Source: Candidatus Cloacimonadales bacterium
Lineage (GTDB): Bacteria > Cloacimonadota > Cloacimonadia > Cloacimonadales > DAONDQ01
Assembly (NCBI GenBank): GCA_963662275.1
Contig: OY759316.1
Location: 512,001-576,000 of the forward strand
Direction of reading: 5' to 3'
Length of the DNA stretch: 64,000 nt
Part shown: in pieces, positions 37,273 through 48,400 of the stretch
Layout: each line of letters begins with the position of its first letter
Position numbering within the stretch: the first letter of the stretch is position 1
The notes under the pieces: generated by a model
What the model was told of the DNA's origin: nothing
Seen by the model: the letters and a program-made list of their open reading frames with translations, nothing else
The model's database searches: none
Translations under genes and position numbers: made by a program

Positions 37273-40200
37273 TCAATGATAAATGATGAATTGATCTATT
37301 TTTTCAGCACTCTTTGAACCGTTTTTTACTTTCACTTTATATAAATAAGTATTATTAGACAGATAATCTCCATCATCATCTTTACCATCCCAGGATATCT
37401 GATTGTACCCACGTTGTCCTTCCTGTTTGATGGTTCTTATCTTTTTACCGGTAATGGTATAGATCGACAAGCTTATTTGTCCATCCTCATTCAAGACAAG
37501 AGAGAAAATTCCATCCTTCTTCATTGGATTTGGATAAGGGAGCATTTTTAAAATTGAAAGAGATCCTGATTTTTTTGCAATGAAATGTGTTTCTGCTACA
37601 GTCGGTCTATTGAAATTGTCAAAAACAATAAGTTGCATTTTGTGTTGACCCTCAATCAGTTCTGGAAATTGGAATGATAAAGAACCCTTAACACAAGAAT
37701 TAGTATTATAGAAGAAATAGGGAGTTACATCATAGGGAAGGCTGCTATCATCTAGAACCAGAAGAATCTTGTGTCCGGCTCCACCTAGGATATTGACTCC
37801 TACACTATCTGAGATTTCTGCATATAAAAGAGGACTTGTAGATACTTCATCACCGTCTCTGAAAGCAGTTGTTTCAAGGAATAAATGAACGTCAGGACTA
37901 TCAGGGTTATTTGCAGTATATTCATGTCCCCTTAAAATTAAAGGTGCATAATAGCTGACATAATCCTTTTTAAGTTGCGTATCATAAAAGTAAGTGATGA
38001 TACGCGCAGTACTTCCTCCATTGATATCATCAGGGATCATAAACTTAGTTTCATAAGTACCCTGATTAATAGATACAGTACTTTTATATAAAGGATTGTT
38101 GTTTTTTGTATAACTAGAATTATCAGGCATTTTATAACGAAAATCACTGTCATAGACGCGTATATCAGCTTCACCATTCAAGCTGTTATTACCTAAATCT
38201 GCCGTTATTTGAGCAGTTTGGCGTGCCTGTAGTTGATTATTTGTAGTATTGATTATGATACCTGGTATTTTAGGAGGTGGGATTACGGATAAAAGTGGAT
38301 CACCTAATATTACATAGGTTGCATCATTATCATCAGCACCAGAACTGAACTTAGCCAGTCTCATGCTTTCACCAATCGATTTACTTTGATTAACAGCTCT
38401 TTCAAAGAAGAAATCCATGAGTATGGCATTTGGAGGTGCATAGCATTGTCTTGTTGAAGCTATTGAGGCAATCGCTCCGCCTGTTTCAAGGATTGCCAGT
38501 TTTTCAGCCAGGCAATCAAAAGTATAACTATCAAATTCACCGACATCACAAGAAGCTGCCAAAAATAGAGGCAGATGCTCCGAATTTTCTAGTCGTGACA
38601 TATCAGTAAAACCATTGAAATAATCTTCCGTACCTAGTTTATCAAAGGATCCATGTCCATTATAATACCAAATCAGTCGACCTTCATTCAATTTTGCAAT
38701 CATATCATCCCTAGTTTTAGGTTTATTGCCGAATTCATCAAAGTCATAATTGATCGCAAATAATTTATCAACCAGAACACTTCTATTTACAACCTGCGAG
38801 CCATGTTCCATATATTGGGAGTGAAACCACTCACCCGTCTCATCTCCATTCACATCATCATCTGCCAGGAATAACAAGGTATTTCTCCACCATCCTGGTT
38901 TAGGTTCAGTTTGATATTTGATGACCCGATTTAAGAGAAAATCCATCTCTGCAGTTGTTCTTGCCGGATAACGTCCAATTGCCAATTCCGGATAGCTGGA
39001 ATTTCCGGAACTGAGCATAACAAAATAATCATCGCTAGTTATTTCAGACCCAAACGCAAAAACTCTTTGAAAAACAATCATTTTATTTTTGCTTTCCGCT
39101 TGTCCTGTCTGATTACGCCAATCATTGGTACCGATACCAAGAAGAGTCACTGAAGTTAAAGCTGGTGCTGGATAATTATAATAACAGTAGCGGATAAATT
39201 GTCTGATAGCTGTAGGGTCAGGCATACCAGCATTGAATTGATTATAAATATCCTGTACATCAACAACTCGTGAGACAACGTTCAATTGTTCCTGGTAATA
39301 TGCCTTCAATTGTAATGCCTGAGGTTTAAATTCAATTGGGGTAATGATTAAATTATCAATAGCCTGAAGTTGCGATGTTAAAAGAACCGGATTTTCTGAA
39401 TGCAGATTACTAACACTCAAGTAATCTCCGTCTTGAACAGCATAAAAACGTGTATTTGCATTACCAGAAGCTTGAAATGCAAAGCCGTTATTAATCGTTT
39501 CATTATTGACCAAGTATACTTGGTTAAAAGTACTTACTTTGAATATCCTTGCCAGTGCTGTATTCACTGATGAGAATTCATAACGTATATTCTGATTATA
39601 ATCATCAGGATTAACATTGACTCGATATGCTTTCTGAGCAGTCTTTACCAAATTCTTTTCGTATTCAATCTGAAAATAATCCAAATAGATATTTTCAGAG
39701 CGTGTTCGATAGATAGTCAATTGAATCTGATTACTTCCTTCCTGGCAGAAACTCCCTGAATGAGTTACATTTGCATAGGTATCACCACTCCATGAGTAAT
39801 TGGAAATTACCGTAGAATCGTTTACTACCAGCCCCATTAAGTGATTTCCTCCTGAAGAACCTGCCATAGGTTGCTGCTGAAGAGTAGCAGTGATCGTCTG
39901 TGGAAAGTTCGTATTCAGATTTTCGATGTTAAAAGGATAATTATTATAAGTTGCAGTTGTACTGCCGGCAAGTAAACTCTGGAACATATGATAACCCATT
40001 GGTATTGGATCTCTTTTTAACTTGTCACTTTCCAGTTTGATTGTTTCAGGTTGTGATGTTCTTACCTGGCTAGGATTTCCAATTATACTAGTAAATTTCA
40101 TTCTTAAAGGAGCTGTTGGAAAAGATCCGGTATAAGTGAGCCAATATCTGACTGATTGAGAATACGGATTAAAAAATATTGGTGCATAGAAAAAATTTGA

Positions 40201-41157
40201 ATTTACATCTTGGAGAATTAGTGCATTCTGATTATAATCATCTCTGTCCTGACCATAAAATATGATTCTGTCACCCTGGTTAAAAATAGCACCATTTACC
40301 GCATCAATTAATAACGGAATCTCAGCAAAAGGAAGACCATTCTCGTATGATCTTGTAGACATTACCTGTCCACCGGTAGTGAAGATACGAATGGAATCCG
40401 GAGGCACATCCACAATATTCATAACAGCTCTCAATTGATCATACGTTATAGCATAGATCCCGTCCTGGGTCGCTTCGAAAGAATACCAATGATCTGAAAT
40501 GCTAAAATCAGCGAATTGAAGATTCGGGTTCTCCAAACCGCTCCAATATTGTGCTGAAGTTCCATTCAACATCTCTTTCTGAAACGAATCCTGTAATTTA
40601 TCTGTTTGTTGTTTACGCTGATTCACATTACCGCTGATATGTACCTGAAAGGAAATTGTACGATTGATAATTAGTTCTTTATGAGCTTCATCATAGGAAA
40701 ATGGATATATCCTTAGCACGACAAAATTCCATGAACGGTAATGCTGGACTGGTGATATTGTATAATTAGTGGTTAATACAGTACGGTAAGCTTCAAGGTT
40801 CATGCTATAGGTGTAAATATCAGCTTTTTTCCCTCTCTCGATTGTTGGGACTGGTTCAATAGGTAACTTGAGAGGTTGTTTTTCAACCTGGTTGGATGTA
40901 ACATTAATATGTGCATTTCCATCAGATGGAACTGCAATCTTATATTCCTGGAATGGTAAGTTAGGATGACCTTTTTCCGGGTGACCTGTCAGATCAGGAC
41001 AAAATATCTTCGTGTATTTTTCATTACTGTTCATCGTAAATTCCGGCAATCTAAATGATACTGTCAAATCTGATTTGCTTTGCTGATGAATATCAACAGC
41101 AGAAAATAAAGTAACAGCACCCCCCCAGACCAGAATAAAAAGCATCCATGCTTTCAT
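37273..41157 (-). CDS. porU: C25 (gingipain-like) peptidase, PorU-type sortase with C-terminal sorting domain
   Basis: Propeptide-like N-terminus, IYNQFNAG..DPTAIR, SDDYF, IGRYP, catalytic YNGHG and ASCDVG, ILGDP and C-terminal PYPNP...IYTITGKKIR. Confidence 0.75.
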   Translation of the reverse strand: MKAWMLFILVWGGAVTLFSAVDIHQQSKSDLTVSFRLPEFTMNSNEKYTKIFCPDLTGHPEKGHPNLPFQEYKIAVPSDGNAHINVTSNQVEKQPLKLPIEPVPTIERGKKADIYTYSMNLEAYRTVLTTNYTISPVQHYRSWNFVVLRIYPFSYDEAHKELIINRTISFQVHISGNVNQRKQQTDKLQDSFQKEMLNGTSAQYWSGLENPNLQFADFSISDHWYSFEATQDGIYAITYDQLRAVMNIVDVPPDSIRIFTTGGQVMSTRSYENGLPFAEIPLLIDAVNGAIFNQGDRIIFYGQDRDDYNQNALILQDVNSNFFYAPIFFNPYSQSVRYWLTYTGSFPTAPLRMKFTSIIGNPSQVRTSQPETIKLESDKLKRDPIPMGYHMFQSLLAGSTTATYNNYPFNIENLNTNFPQTITATLQQQPMAGSSGGNHLMGLVVNDSTVISNYSWSGDTYANVTHSGSFCQEGSNQIQLTIYRTRSENIYLDYFQIEYEKNLVKTAQKAYRVNVNPDDYNQNIRYEFSSVNTALARIFKVSTFNQVYLVNNETINNGFAFQASGNANTRFYAVQDGDYLSVSNLHSENPVLLTSQLQAIDNLIITPIEFKPQALQLKAYYQEQLNVVSRVVDVQDIYNQFNAGMPDPTAIRQFIRYCYYNYPAPALTSVTLLGIGTNDWRNQTGQAESKNKMIVFQRVFAFGSEITSDDYFVMLSSGNSSYPELAIGRYPARTTAEMDFLLNRVIKYQTEPKPGWWRNTLLFLADDDVNGDETGEWFHSQYMEHGSQVVNRSVLVDKLFAINYDFDEFGNKPKTRDDMIAKLNEGRLIWYYNGHGSFDKLGTEDYFNGFTDMSRLENSEHLPLFLAASCDVGEFDSYTFDCLAEKLAILETGGAIASIASTRQCYAPPNAILMDFFFERAVNQSKSIGESMRLAKFSSGADDNDATYVILGDPLLSVIPPPKIPGIIINTTNNQLQARQTAQITADLGNNSLNGEADIRVYDSDFRYKMPDNSSYTKNNNPLYKSTVSINQGTYETKFMIPDDINGGSTARIITYFYDTQLKKDYVSYYAPLILRGHEYTANNPDSPDVHLFLETTAFRDGDEVSTSPLLYAEISDSVGVNILGGAGHKILLVLDDSSLPYDVTPYFFYNTNSCVKGSLSFQFPELIEGQHKMQLIVFDNFNRPTVAETHFIAKKSGSLSILKMLPYPNPMKKDGIFSLVLNEDGQISLSIYTITGKKIRTIKQEGQRGYNQISWDGKDDDGDYLSNNTYLYKVKVKNGSKSAEKIDQFIIYH

Positions 41158-41457
41158 TAATATCTCCCTTTAACATTTAGGATACATAGCAATTAATCTG
41201 ATTATCTCTCTCTAGACTGCTGTCAAGCAAAATGAAAAAAAATTAATCTGACAAACCATTTATGAAAGTATTCGACTATTGATTTACTGTTACGAATCAT
41301 CAATTTATCATCTTCCAGTTCCCTTCTTCATCTAAACCAGTTCTCATCTACTCATGTATATAATTTGCCGGACAAATCCTAAAAGGCAAGAGAAAAATGA
41401 TATTTACCGTTGGCAAAGGCAGTTTCATTTACAGTCTCAAATAAAATTAAGTAAGTT

Positions 41458-41501
41458 TCATCTAGGCATCATCTAGGGATCATCTAGGAATCATCTAGAC
41501 T
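41458..41501 (+). repeat. Four tandem 11-bp repeats (TCATCTAGGnA)
   Basis: TCATCTAGGCA TCATCTAGGGA TCATCTAGGAA TCATCTAGACT in the porU/ackA divergent region. Confidence 0.8.
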
Positions 41502-41679
41502 TTTTTAGATTTTCTTCAGGTTTTCTTTATTTCTTGCTTTATTTCTATTTTTCTCATCTTCCCAAAGACCTATATGGTACTAACAAGCTTCTGCTTATAT
41601 CTTCATTTTTTATAGACAGGAAACATCCTTTTGCACAATGGGTATTCTTCTATAATAATTTTTCAATAAAGGAGAGAGA

Positions 41680-42879
41680 ATGGATATTCTAATTTTGAAT
41701 TGCGGAAGTTCATCCATTAAATTTCAATTTATTCACATGGAAACACAAACCGTATTGGTAGATGGCATCGTTGAACGTATTGGTGAAGATACTTCTCTGT
41801 ATACATATAAAAGTGAAGCTTATACCAAGAAAAAGCGGGAAATGGTGATTGATAATCATGAAAAAGGATTGCAGCTTATCCTTGACTCACTCGTAGACCC
41901 TATGCATGGTGTGATTAAAAGCTTTGAAGAAATTGATGCAGTTGGTCATCGTCTCGTACATGCAGGTGAGCATTACTCTGATTCTGTCATTATCACAGAT
42001 GAAGTGATTCGTGTCATGACAGAATGTATCAGTCTTGCACCATTACATAATCCGGCAAATATAATGGGTGTTGAAGCCGTGAAAAAGAACCTTCCAAACG
42101 TCCCCCAATGCGGTACTTTCGATACAGCTTTTCACCAGACCATGCCATCAAAAGCTTATTTATATGCACTTCCCTTAGAGTATTATACGGATAAAAAAAT
42201 CAGACGCTATGGTTTTCATGGAACCTCTCATAAGTATGTATGCCGTAAGGCTGCAGAGCATTTAGGTTTGGATTTAGGTAAAACCAAGATCATTACTTGT
42301 CATTTAGGTAATGGGGCTTCAATCACTGCTATAAATAATGGTGTATCAGTTGATACTTCCATGGGTTTCACTCCCTTGGAAGGTTTGATGATGGGCACAC
42401 GTTGTGGTGATTTAGATCCTGCAATCCCAATCTACATGCAGAAGAATTTAAATATGACAGTGGATGAAGTAAATTCTGTCTTAAATAAGAAAAGCGGTAT
42501 GCTTGGACTTTCCCATATTTCCAATGACATGAGACAGATAGAGGAAGAAATCTTGGAAAAGCATAATCCTTTGGCAATCCAGGCGCACGATGTCTATGCA
42601 TATCGGATCAAGAAGTATATTGGTGCCTATACTGCTGCTATGAATGGTGTTGATGTTATCGTGTTTACAGGAGGTGTTGGGGAAAATATGCCGATACTTC
42701 GTGAACTGGTCTGTGAAGATATGGATTGGCTAGGTATCAAGCTCAACAAGAAGGAAAATGATCAATTCATCTCGGGAATTCTCGATCTTACAGGTGAAGG
42801 ATCGAGAGTTAAAATACTTAAAGTTCCGACTAATGAAGAATTAATGATCGCTTTAGAAACGGAAGCTTTGTTAAAATAG
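41680..42879 (+). CDS. ackA: Acetate kinase
   Basis: LNCGSSSIKF, GHRLVHAG, APLHNP, FDTAFHQT, RRYGFHGTSH, HLGNGAS, GFTPLEG, FTGGVGEN and PTNEE motifs. Confidence 0.96.
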   Translation: MDILILNCGSSSIKFQFIHMETQTVLVDGIVERIGEDTSLYTYKSEAYTKKKREMVIDNHEKGLQLILDSLVDPMHGVIKSFEEIDAVGHRLVHAGEHYSDSVIITDEVIRVMTECISLAPLHNPANIMGVEAVKKNLPNVPQCGTFDTAFHQTMPSKAYLYALPLEYYTDKKIRRYGFHGTSHKYVCRKAAEHLGLDLGKTKIITCHLGNGASITAINNGVSVDTSMGFTPLEGLMMGTRCGDLDPAIPIYMQKNLNMTVDEVNSVLNKKSGMLGLSHISNDMRQIEEEILEKHNPLAIQAHDVYAYRIKKYIGAYTAAMNGVDVIVFTGGVGENMPILRELVCEDMDWLGIKLNKKENDQFISGILDLTGEGSRVKILKVPTNEELMIALETEALLK

Positions 42880-42900
42880 GAATTGAAACAAATTTAATTC

Positions 42901-42928
42901 AGGACATCCTAACGGGTGTCCTTTTTTT
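42901..42928 (+). terminator. Intrinsic terminator after ackA
   Basis: AGGACATCC-TAAC-GGGTGTCCT plus T run. Confidence 0.8.
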
Positions 42929-44807
42929 ATAGGATTCTATTGTATCTTTCATAAAGATAATCTGTAAAGTCATGCTCATCAACCAGTAATTGTTTATTCA
43001 ATAAAGCCAGGTTGAAAAGCCTGAGTAGTTTCAGATTTCCAATATTATCTACTTCAGCATTCAAATGAGGTAGAAACTCTTGAATCAGATCAGATTCTAG
43101 AACAACCAGTTTCTGGAATTTACATATCTGCTTCTGATTGATAAAACTCTTATCTGAATTTGAATTGATATACCATTGCAAAAATGGAATCTTGATACCA
43201 AGATGATTCATCACTTTTATGTAAGGTGATAGAGTTTTATAAAGCCACCATGGTGAATCAGCAGAAAAGATATATCCTGATAAAACAAACTTACTAAGCT
43301 GTGGATGATATTTTTTCAGATAAGCTAACAACAGCTTTCTGCTTTCTCTATGCCTGAGAGGTATTCTTGCTGTAAAATCAGTAATTTCAATGTTCATTGA
43401 AGGTGATAGGAGTTCAACATACGGACGACCATTGATGCGATTCCAGGACAACAAATTAGCCATTTTATGAATATGTCTGAATCTTTCCAGATAGTTTTCC
43501 ATGGTACCGGTAGTATTGATCTGTTGATTTAAAAACATGATCGCAGTTTGCATCATATTTTCGTATTCCTGATTCTGAACAGGAGAAATTAATGATTGAT
43601 AGTCATGTAATGTTGTATTTCTCAAACCCAGGAAAGCAAGCTGTAAATAAGTTTCTGCGGTAGGTTTTTCTAGCTTGTGTAATTTCAAAGGTAAACCCAT
43701 GTTGATAGTATTGCTTAGTTTTCTTCTATCTGTATAATGGTAAACACCGCCAAGATACTCAGTTAGACCGGTCAATTCAAAGACTAAATCATGTTGTTGG
43801 CGGAATTTCAATTGATCCAGGTTGTATACTTTATTGTTTAGGATCAGATTATCAGAAATAGCTAAATAATCCACGTACCCTTTCGTAAAATCGGACTGAG
43901 AATAATCTTCCAGCACATGGTGTTCAGAAAGTCCCATGGCTGAAGTAATTTGCTTTGCCAGAACGTAATCAAGGTCATCTTTATGCGACCCTGTAAAATA
44001 GAGAAGTTCGTCCTTATTTTTAATTCCTGCCATAATTAATCGCGAATCAATCCCACCTGTGAAGCCTAACCCATATTTGAATGATTTGCTATGTAATCCA
44101 TTCGTAGATTTTTCCCAAAGGGAAGCAAATGAATCGACCCATACATCGAAAGTGCGATTCTCTTCCACAGAAGGCATTTTATAGAAGAAATCATGCTTTA
44201 TTTTTTTTCCATCATATTCAATATATGCACCTTTGGCGACAGATTTAATACCCTCTACTGGTGTAAAATCAGAGAGATTGGTTCCTAATTGATAGTATTC
44301 GATCATTCCATTTGTAATCCGGTTTATTTTTTTTCCGGTTATTTTTACTAAGATTTCGAAGCTTGTTGAAAGTATCAAAGTATCTTGTCCCAAAACATAA
44401 TAAAGGGGAATCGAGTTAAGAAAACTAGTAAAAGCATATAAATTTTTATTTGCTTTGTCGATTACGATACCGACATAAGAACCATTCAGAAAAGCATACG
44501 GAATATTTGTTGGATGATCTTTGTATTGTCTAAGAATATCCCCCAAAATTTGTTCAGGATTACTCGCTAAATCGTCGATGCTTGCATTTTTCGGGAAAGC
44601 AATACCATGCATGATTAAACCCAAATTATCATTCCAAACTATACGTTCAGGTAGTCCGGCTGAATATGGATTACTGCTGATGAGACGAATATTATCTTCA
44701 ATTACGATCTTCTCAGAACTGGTAAAGAGACATTGATTGTCTTCCAGCAGATTTGCTGCATTTGGACCATACATGAATAGTAGATACTTACTTTTTTGTT
44801 TTGTCAT
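42927..44807 (-). CDS. Asparagine synthase-like (amidotransferase-family) polysaccharide modification protein
   Basis: LNGSY, IPLYY, PP-loop GFTGGIDSR and distal SP motif. No N-terminal catalytic Cys. Last gene of the glycan locus. Confidence 0.6.
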   Translation of the reverse strand: MTKQKSKYLLFMYGPNAANLLEDNQCLFTSSEKIVIEDNIRLISSNPYSAGLPERIVWNDNLGLIMHGIAFPKNASIDDLASNPEQILGDILRQYKDHPTNIPYAFLNGSYVGIVIDKANKNLYAFTSFLNSIPLYYVLGQDTLILSTSFEILVKITGKKINRITNGMIEYYQLGTNLSDFTPVEGIKSVAKGAYIEYDGKKIKHDFFYKMPSVEENRTFDVWVDSFASLWEKSTNGLHSKSFKYGLGFTGGIDSRLIMAGIKNKDELLYFTGSHKDDLDYVLAKQITSAMGLSEHHVLEDYSQSDFTKGYVDYLAISDNLILNNKVYNLDQLKFRQQHDLVFELTGLTEYLGGVYHYTDRRKLSNTINMGLPLKLHKLEKPTAETYLQLAFLGLRNTTLHDYQSLISPVQNQEYENMMQTAIMFLNQQINTTGTMENYLERFRHIHKMANLLSWNRINGRPYVELLSPSMNIEITDFTARIPLRHRESRKLLLAYLKKYHPQLSKFVLSGYIFSADSPWWLYKTLSPYIKVMNHLGIKIPFLQWYINSNSDKSFINQKQICKFQKLVVLESDLIQEFLPHLNAEVDNIGNLKLLRLFNLALLNKQLLVDEHDFTDYLYERYNRIL

Positions 44808-44810
44808 GAT

Positions 44811-46403
44811 TTACTGGCTTCTGGCTTTATTAAACAATATCATGAATATGATTCGAATAAAATAATTTATATCTGTGCGTATTGGGTGTTTAATTTTCTT
44901 GAGTATATACATTTTCTCTGCATTGATGTTATCCTCGAAGCTCAATGGATATCCTTTACTAGCAACTCCTGGAGGCAGCAGTCCAGGCTTGAATTTCATT
45001 CTCATTTCCCTAAAATCTATTGGATATAAACTAAGATAATGTTCACTTAAAGGTCGTACTCCTACGATACTAATATCACCCTTTAGAAGGTTAATGATTT
45101 GCGGAATTTCATCTATCCAACATTTACGTAATACTTTTCCCCATGAAGTGACTCTGAAATCGTTGAATATTTTACCGCTATCTGCTAAGCTATTCCTATT
45201 ATAGGCATATTCCTGCAGATATTCGGAATAAGGATGCATGGTCCTCAATTTATAGATATAGAAAAATTTACCATCTTTACCTGTTCTTTTCAGCTTGATC
45301 AAAGGACCATAAGAGGGATTTTCATCTTGGCATGGTTTTTTAATCTTGCGAACAACATCATACATATAACCATCTATTTCTCTTTGATTAATAAATTCAA
45401 AACCACAATAATATAATCTTCCTAGCATCGCTGTTTCCGAAATAGCCCTATTTGTGCCATGTGTAATTCCAAAATACAGACCTTGTAATAGGGGAATCTT
45501 GGGGAAAGCACGATTGAAGATAAAATCAAAGAAATAAATTACTTTTCCTAAAATTGGGCCAAAAGCCACCATTGTTTTCCGAGCACGTTCTGCGATTGTT
45601 TCAGTTTTGAGAATGTAAACACCACCATCGACCAAATTCTCATTAACTTTGATAAAATAGCGATTTATACGTCTTAAGTCGTTGATTTTATGGAGATTAA
45701 TAAATAACTCCTGAGAATCAGTGTCTATGTTCTCAATGTTATAGTAGATTTCGCTATTTATTACGAATGTGTTATTTTTCGAAAATCTTGTCAAATCAAC
45801 ACTCTCATTGATGAAATCAAACAATTGTTGTTCATTCGATAGATATTGCTGCCATAATTTTATTTTAACTGCATCAGTAGAATTATCGTCTCCAAATTGT
45901 GGTGAGTATGGTAATTCAATGATAGAATGTGGAGCTGAATTAATCTTTTGTTGTTCCTCAATTTCGTTGTTTACTGTTGATGTAAGGAGAGAAGTATTCG
46001 AAAAACTTGTATTCTCACGTCGAAACCGTAACGAAAAATATATTAGTGAATAAACAGCAAATTCGATAGAGATTGTGAGGAGTATTGTGCCAAATACCAG
46101 CATTCTTGAGTAATAGTACTTTTGTAAAATCATAATAAGAAACAGAATTACCGTTAGGGCATAAGTATCTGTTTTAAGAATCTGAAGAACAAGCTTCCCA
46201 TACGAATGATCACGGTTAATTTTATATTTACCTCCCATAATCGAAATGATCATCCAAATAACACAAAAAAAGATTAATGGTAGCAGATAATTTTGGATGA
46301 TGAAATGGGAACCACCCTTCAGTTTGACAAAAAAGATAAATGCAAAATAGACAAATACAAAATCTAATAAGAAAAATATGAACGACGTCACTTTATATTT
46401 CAT
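44811..46403 (-). CDS. Initiating sugar-phosphate transferase (Bac_transf family)
   Basis: Four N-terminal TM helices; R.GKDGK.F.IYKLRTM, D.RVT.WGK.LRK..IDEIPQ, GDISIVGVRP and KPGL motifs. Confidence 0.85.
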   Translation of the reverse strand: MKYKVTSFIFFLLDFVFVYFAFIFFVKLKGGSHFIIQNYLLPLIFFCVIWMIISIMGGKYKINRDHSYGKLVLQILKTDTYALTVILFLIMILQKYYYSRMLVFGTILLTISIEFAVYSLIYFSLRFRRENTSFSNTSLLTSTVNNEIEEQQKINSAPHSIIELPYSPQFGDDNSTDAVKIKLWQQYLSNEQQLFDFINESVDLTRFSKNNTFVINSEIYYNIENIDTDSQELFINLHKINDLRRINRYFIKVNENLVDGGVYILKTETIAERARKTMVAFGPILGKVIYFFDFIFNRAFPKIPLLQGLYFGITHGTNRAISETAMLGRLYYCGFEFINQREIDGYMYDVVRKIKKPCQDENPSYGPLIKLKRTGKDGKFFYIYKLRTMHPYSEYLQEYAYNRNSLADSGKIFNDFRVTSWGKVLRKCWIDEIPQIINLLKGDISIVGVRPLSEHYLSLYPIDFREMRMKFKPGLLPPGVASKGYPLSFEDNINAEKMYILKKIKHPIRTDINYFIRIIFMILFNKARSQ

Positions 46404-46449
46404 AAAAAATCAATCTCCTGGATTAAAATCTCATCTGGAATGATAAAAT

Positions 46450-47529
46450 TCAATGTCTTCGAAGAGAATCGAAATACAGATTAATTATTTCAATAATTCG
46501 TTCACATGAATGACCATCTCCAAAGTAGTTACCTTGGATACCTGTTGGATTGAACGTTCTTATTTTTTCAACAATATCATTTGTTTCTGCTTTTGACAGG
46601 ATATTCCAACCATCACGAACAGTCTCAACCCACGATGTAGAATCATAAATTGTTATGCAAGGAATTTTTAATAAATATGATTCTTTTTGTACACCACCAG
46701 AATCGGTGATTACCTTAGCTGCATGATTTAATAGTTTGAGAAAATCAAAGTAACCTTGTGCTTCAATGATCCTTACTTTTGTTGAATCAAGATGAATCGA
46801 ATTTTTTGCCAGTTCTTTAACTGTACGAGGATGAAGAGGTACGACGACAATTTGTCCACAAGACTCAAAAGCACGAAAGATATTAGCTAAATGAATCGGG
46901 TCATCTGTATTCGAAGGTCGATGTATTGTTGCCAGTACATATTCCTTATGCTTTAAAGAGAAGGTTTCGAGGATATTTGATTGTTTCTCAGATTTCTCCA
47001 GATTGTGCAGTAATACATCATACATCACATCCCCTGTCAGATAGGTTTTATCCGCTAATCCTTCTTTTGTCAAATTGTCCACAGCGGTTTGAGTTGGAGC
47101 AAATAAAAATGTGGATATATGATCAGCAACCAGACGATTCACTTCTTCGGGAATATGAAGATCAAAATTTCTTAATCCTGCTTCTACATGTCCCACTGGT
47201 ATGTGAAGTTTCACTGCTGCTAGAGATGCACTAACGGTTGAGTTAGTATCTCCATAAATAATTACAAAATCAGGTTTTTCCTGGATAAGAACTTTTTCTA
47301 CTTCAATGATCATATGACCAGTCTGATATCCATGGGAACCCGAACCGACTCCTAAATTATAATCGGGTTGCGGAATATCTAATTCTTGAAAGAAAATATC
47401 AGATAATTCCCGGTTATAATGCTGACCGGTATGTACCAGTATTTCCTGATGATATTTCCGTATTTCTTTAGAGAGTAATGCTGCTTTAATAAACTGAGGT
47501 CTTGCCCCAATAACAGATAAAATCTTCAT
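46450..47529 (-). CDS. wecB: UDP-N-acetylglucosamine 2-epimerase (non-hydrolysing)
   Basis: GARPQFIK, HTGQHY, GDTNS, HVEAGLR, PEEVNR, TIHRPSN and TDSGGVQKE motifs. Confidence 0.92.
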   Translation of the reverse strand: MKILSVIGARPQFIKAALLSKEIRKYHQEILVHTGQHYNRELSDIFFQELDIPQPDYNLGVGSGSHGYQTGHMIIEVEKVLIQEKPDFVIIYGDTNSTVSASLAAVKLHIPVGHVEAGLRNFDLHIPEEVNRLVADHISTFLFAPTQTAVDNLTKEGLADKTYLTGDVMYDVLLHNLEKSEKQSNILETFSLKHKEYVLATIHRPSNTDDPIHLANIFRAFESCGQIVVVPLHPRTVKELAKNSIHLDSTKVRIIEAQGYFDFLKLLNHAAKVITDSGGVQKESYLLKIPCITIYDSTSWVETVRDGWNILSKAETNDIVEKIRTFNPTGIQGNYFGDGHSCERIIEIINLYFDSLRRH

Positions 47530-47542
47530 TTTTAACCTTTAT

Positions 47543-48400
47543 TTAAATAGAATAGTGACTTTTAAACTGTCTTTCTGTATAGATGCGAATTCCCCATTTC
47601 CGGACGTAATCCCGAAAATCATCGGTCATTTCATCTTCAGTTCCAGTGTATTCGAATGTTTCTACATTAACCTGAAAATCATTGATTGTGAGGTAGGGAT
47701 AATCAAGGATAATATTAGGATTAATCTCATGATACTTTGCAATAAGGATATAATCATTAATGATTTCCTGGGTTTTCTTAACTTTATCCTCATAGTTTAG
47801 GGGTATGATATCTTTGATGAACAATGCAGGAGCCCCAGCATAAACTCCTTTTTGCTTCAGGCTTTTATACACAACCGACTGTGCTCCGACAACGCAGTAA
47901 TCTGCAATTTCAACACCTTGCATAATGAGAGAACGATAACCTATGATGACTCCATTTCCGATTTTAACTCCAGCAAATTTTGCCGGATAACCTTCTAAAA
48001 CAGAAAGCCAAAAACCATGTGTTAGGATAGAAGTTTCAGGAGAAAGACCAACATCATTACCAATGAATACTTCCTCACAAACATTGATGAAATTGTTATG
48101 TATAACGCAACGATCTCCAATACTTAAATTCGCATTTGGATGCTGCCTTCCACCGCCACCAATGGTCAAGCCTGAACTATTGTAAAAATGCATTCCAATC
48201 GATACATTATTTCCTGAAATGGTAGTATTATTGCCTAGATTACTGAATTTTCCTAAACGGAATTCACCGTGAACCCGAATATTGATATCCCTTCCAAATT
48301 CAGTTTTTTCATCAATGTTAATTTTATTTGCTTTTATTATAACATTCTTCTCAGGTATTTCAAATATCTCCATATCAATCTCCTTAAAATAATCCAGCAT
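47543..48400 (-). CDS. Left-handed beta-helix (hexapeptide) acyltransferase
   Basis: [LIV]G..  hexapeptide repeats, ILTHG and YAGAPA..IK motifs; true start may be 48373. Confidence 0.8.
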   Translation of the reverse strand: MLDYFKEIDMEIFEIPEKNVIIKANKINIDEKTEFGRDINIRVHGEFRLGKFSNLGNNTTISGNNVSIGMHFYNSSGLTIGGGGRQHPNANLSIGDRCVIHNNFINVCEEVFIGNDVGLSPETSILTHGFWLSVLEGYPAKFAGVKIGNGVIIGYRSLIMQGVEIADYCVVGAQSVVYKSLKQKGVYAGAPALFIKDIIPLNYEDKVKKTQEIINDYILIAKYHEINPNIILDYPYLTINDFQVNVETFEYTGTEDEMTDDFRDYVRKWGIRIYTERQFKSHYSI

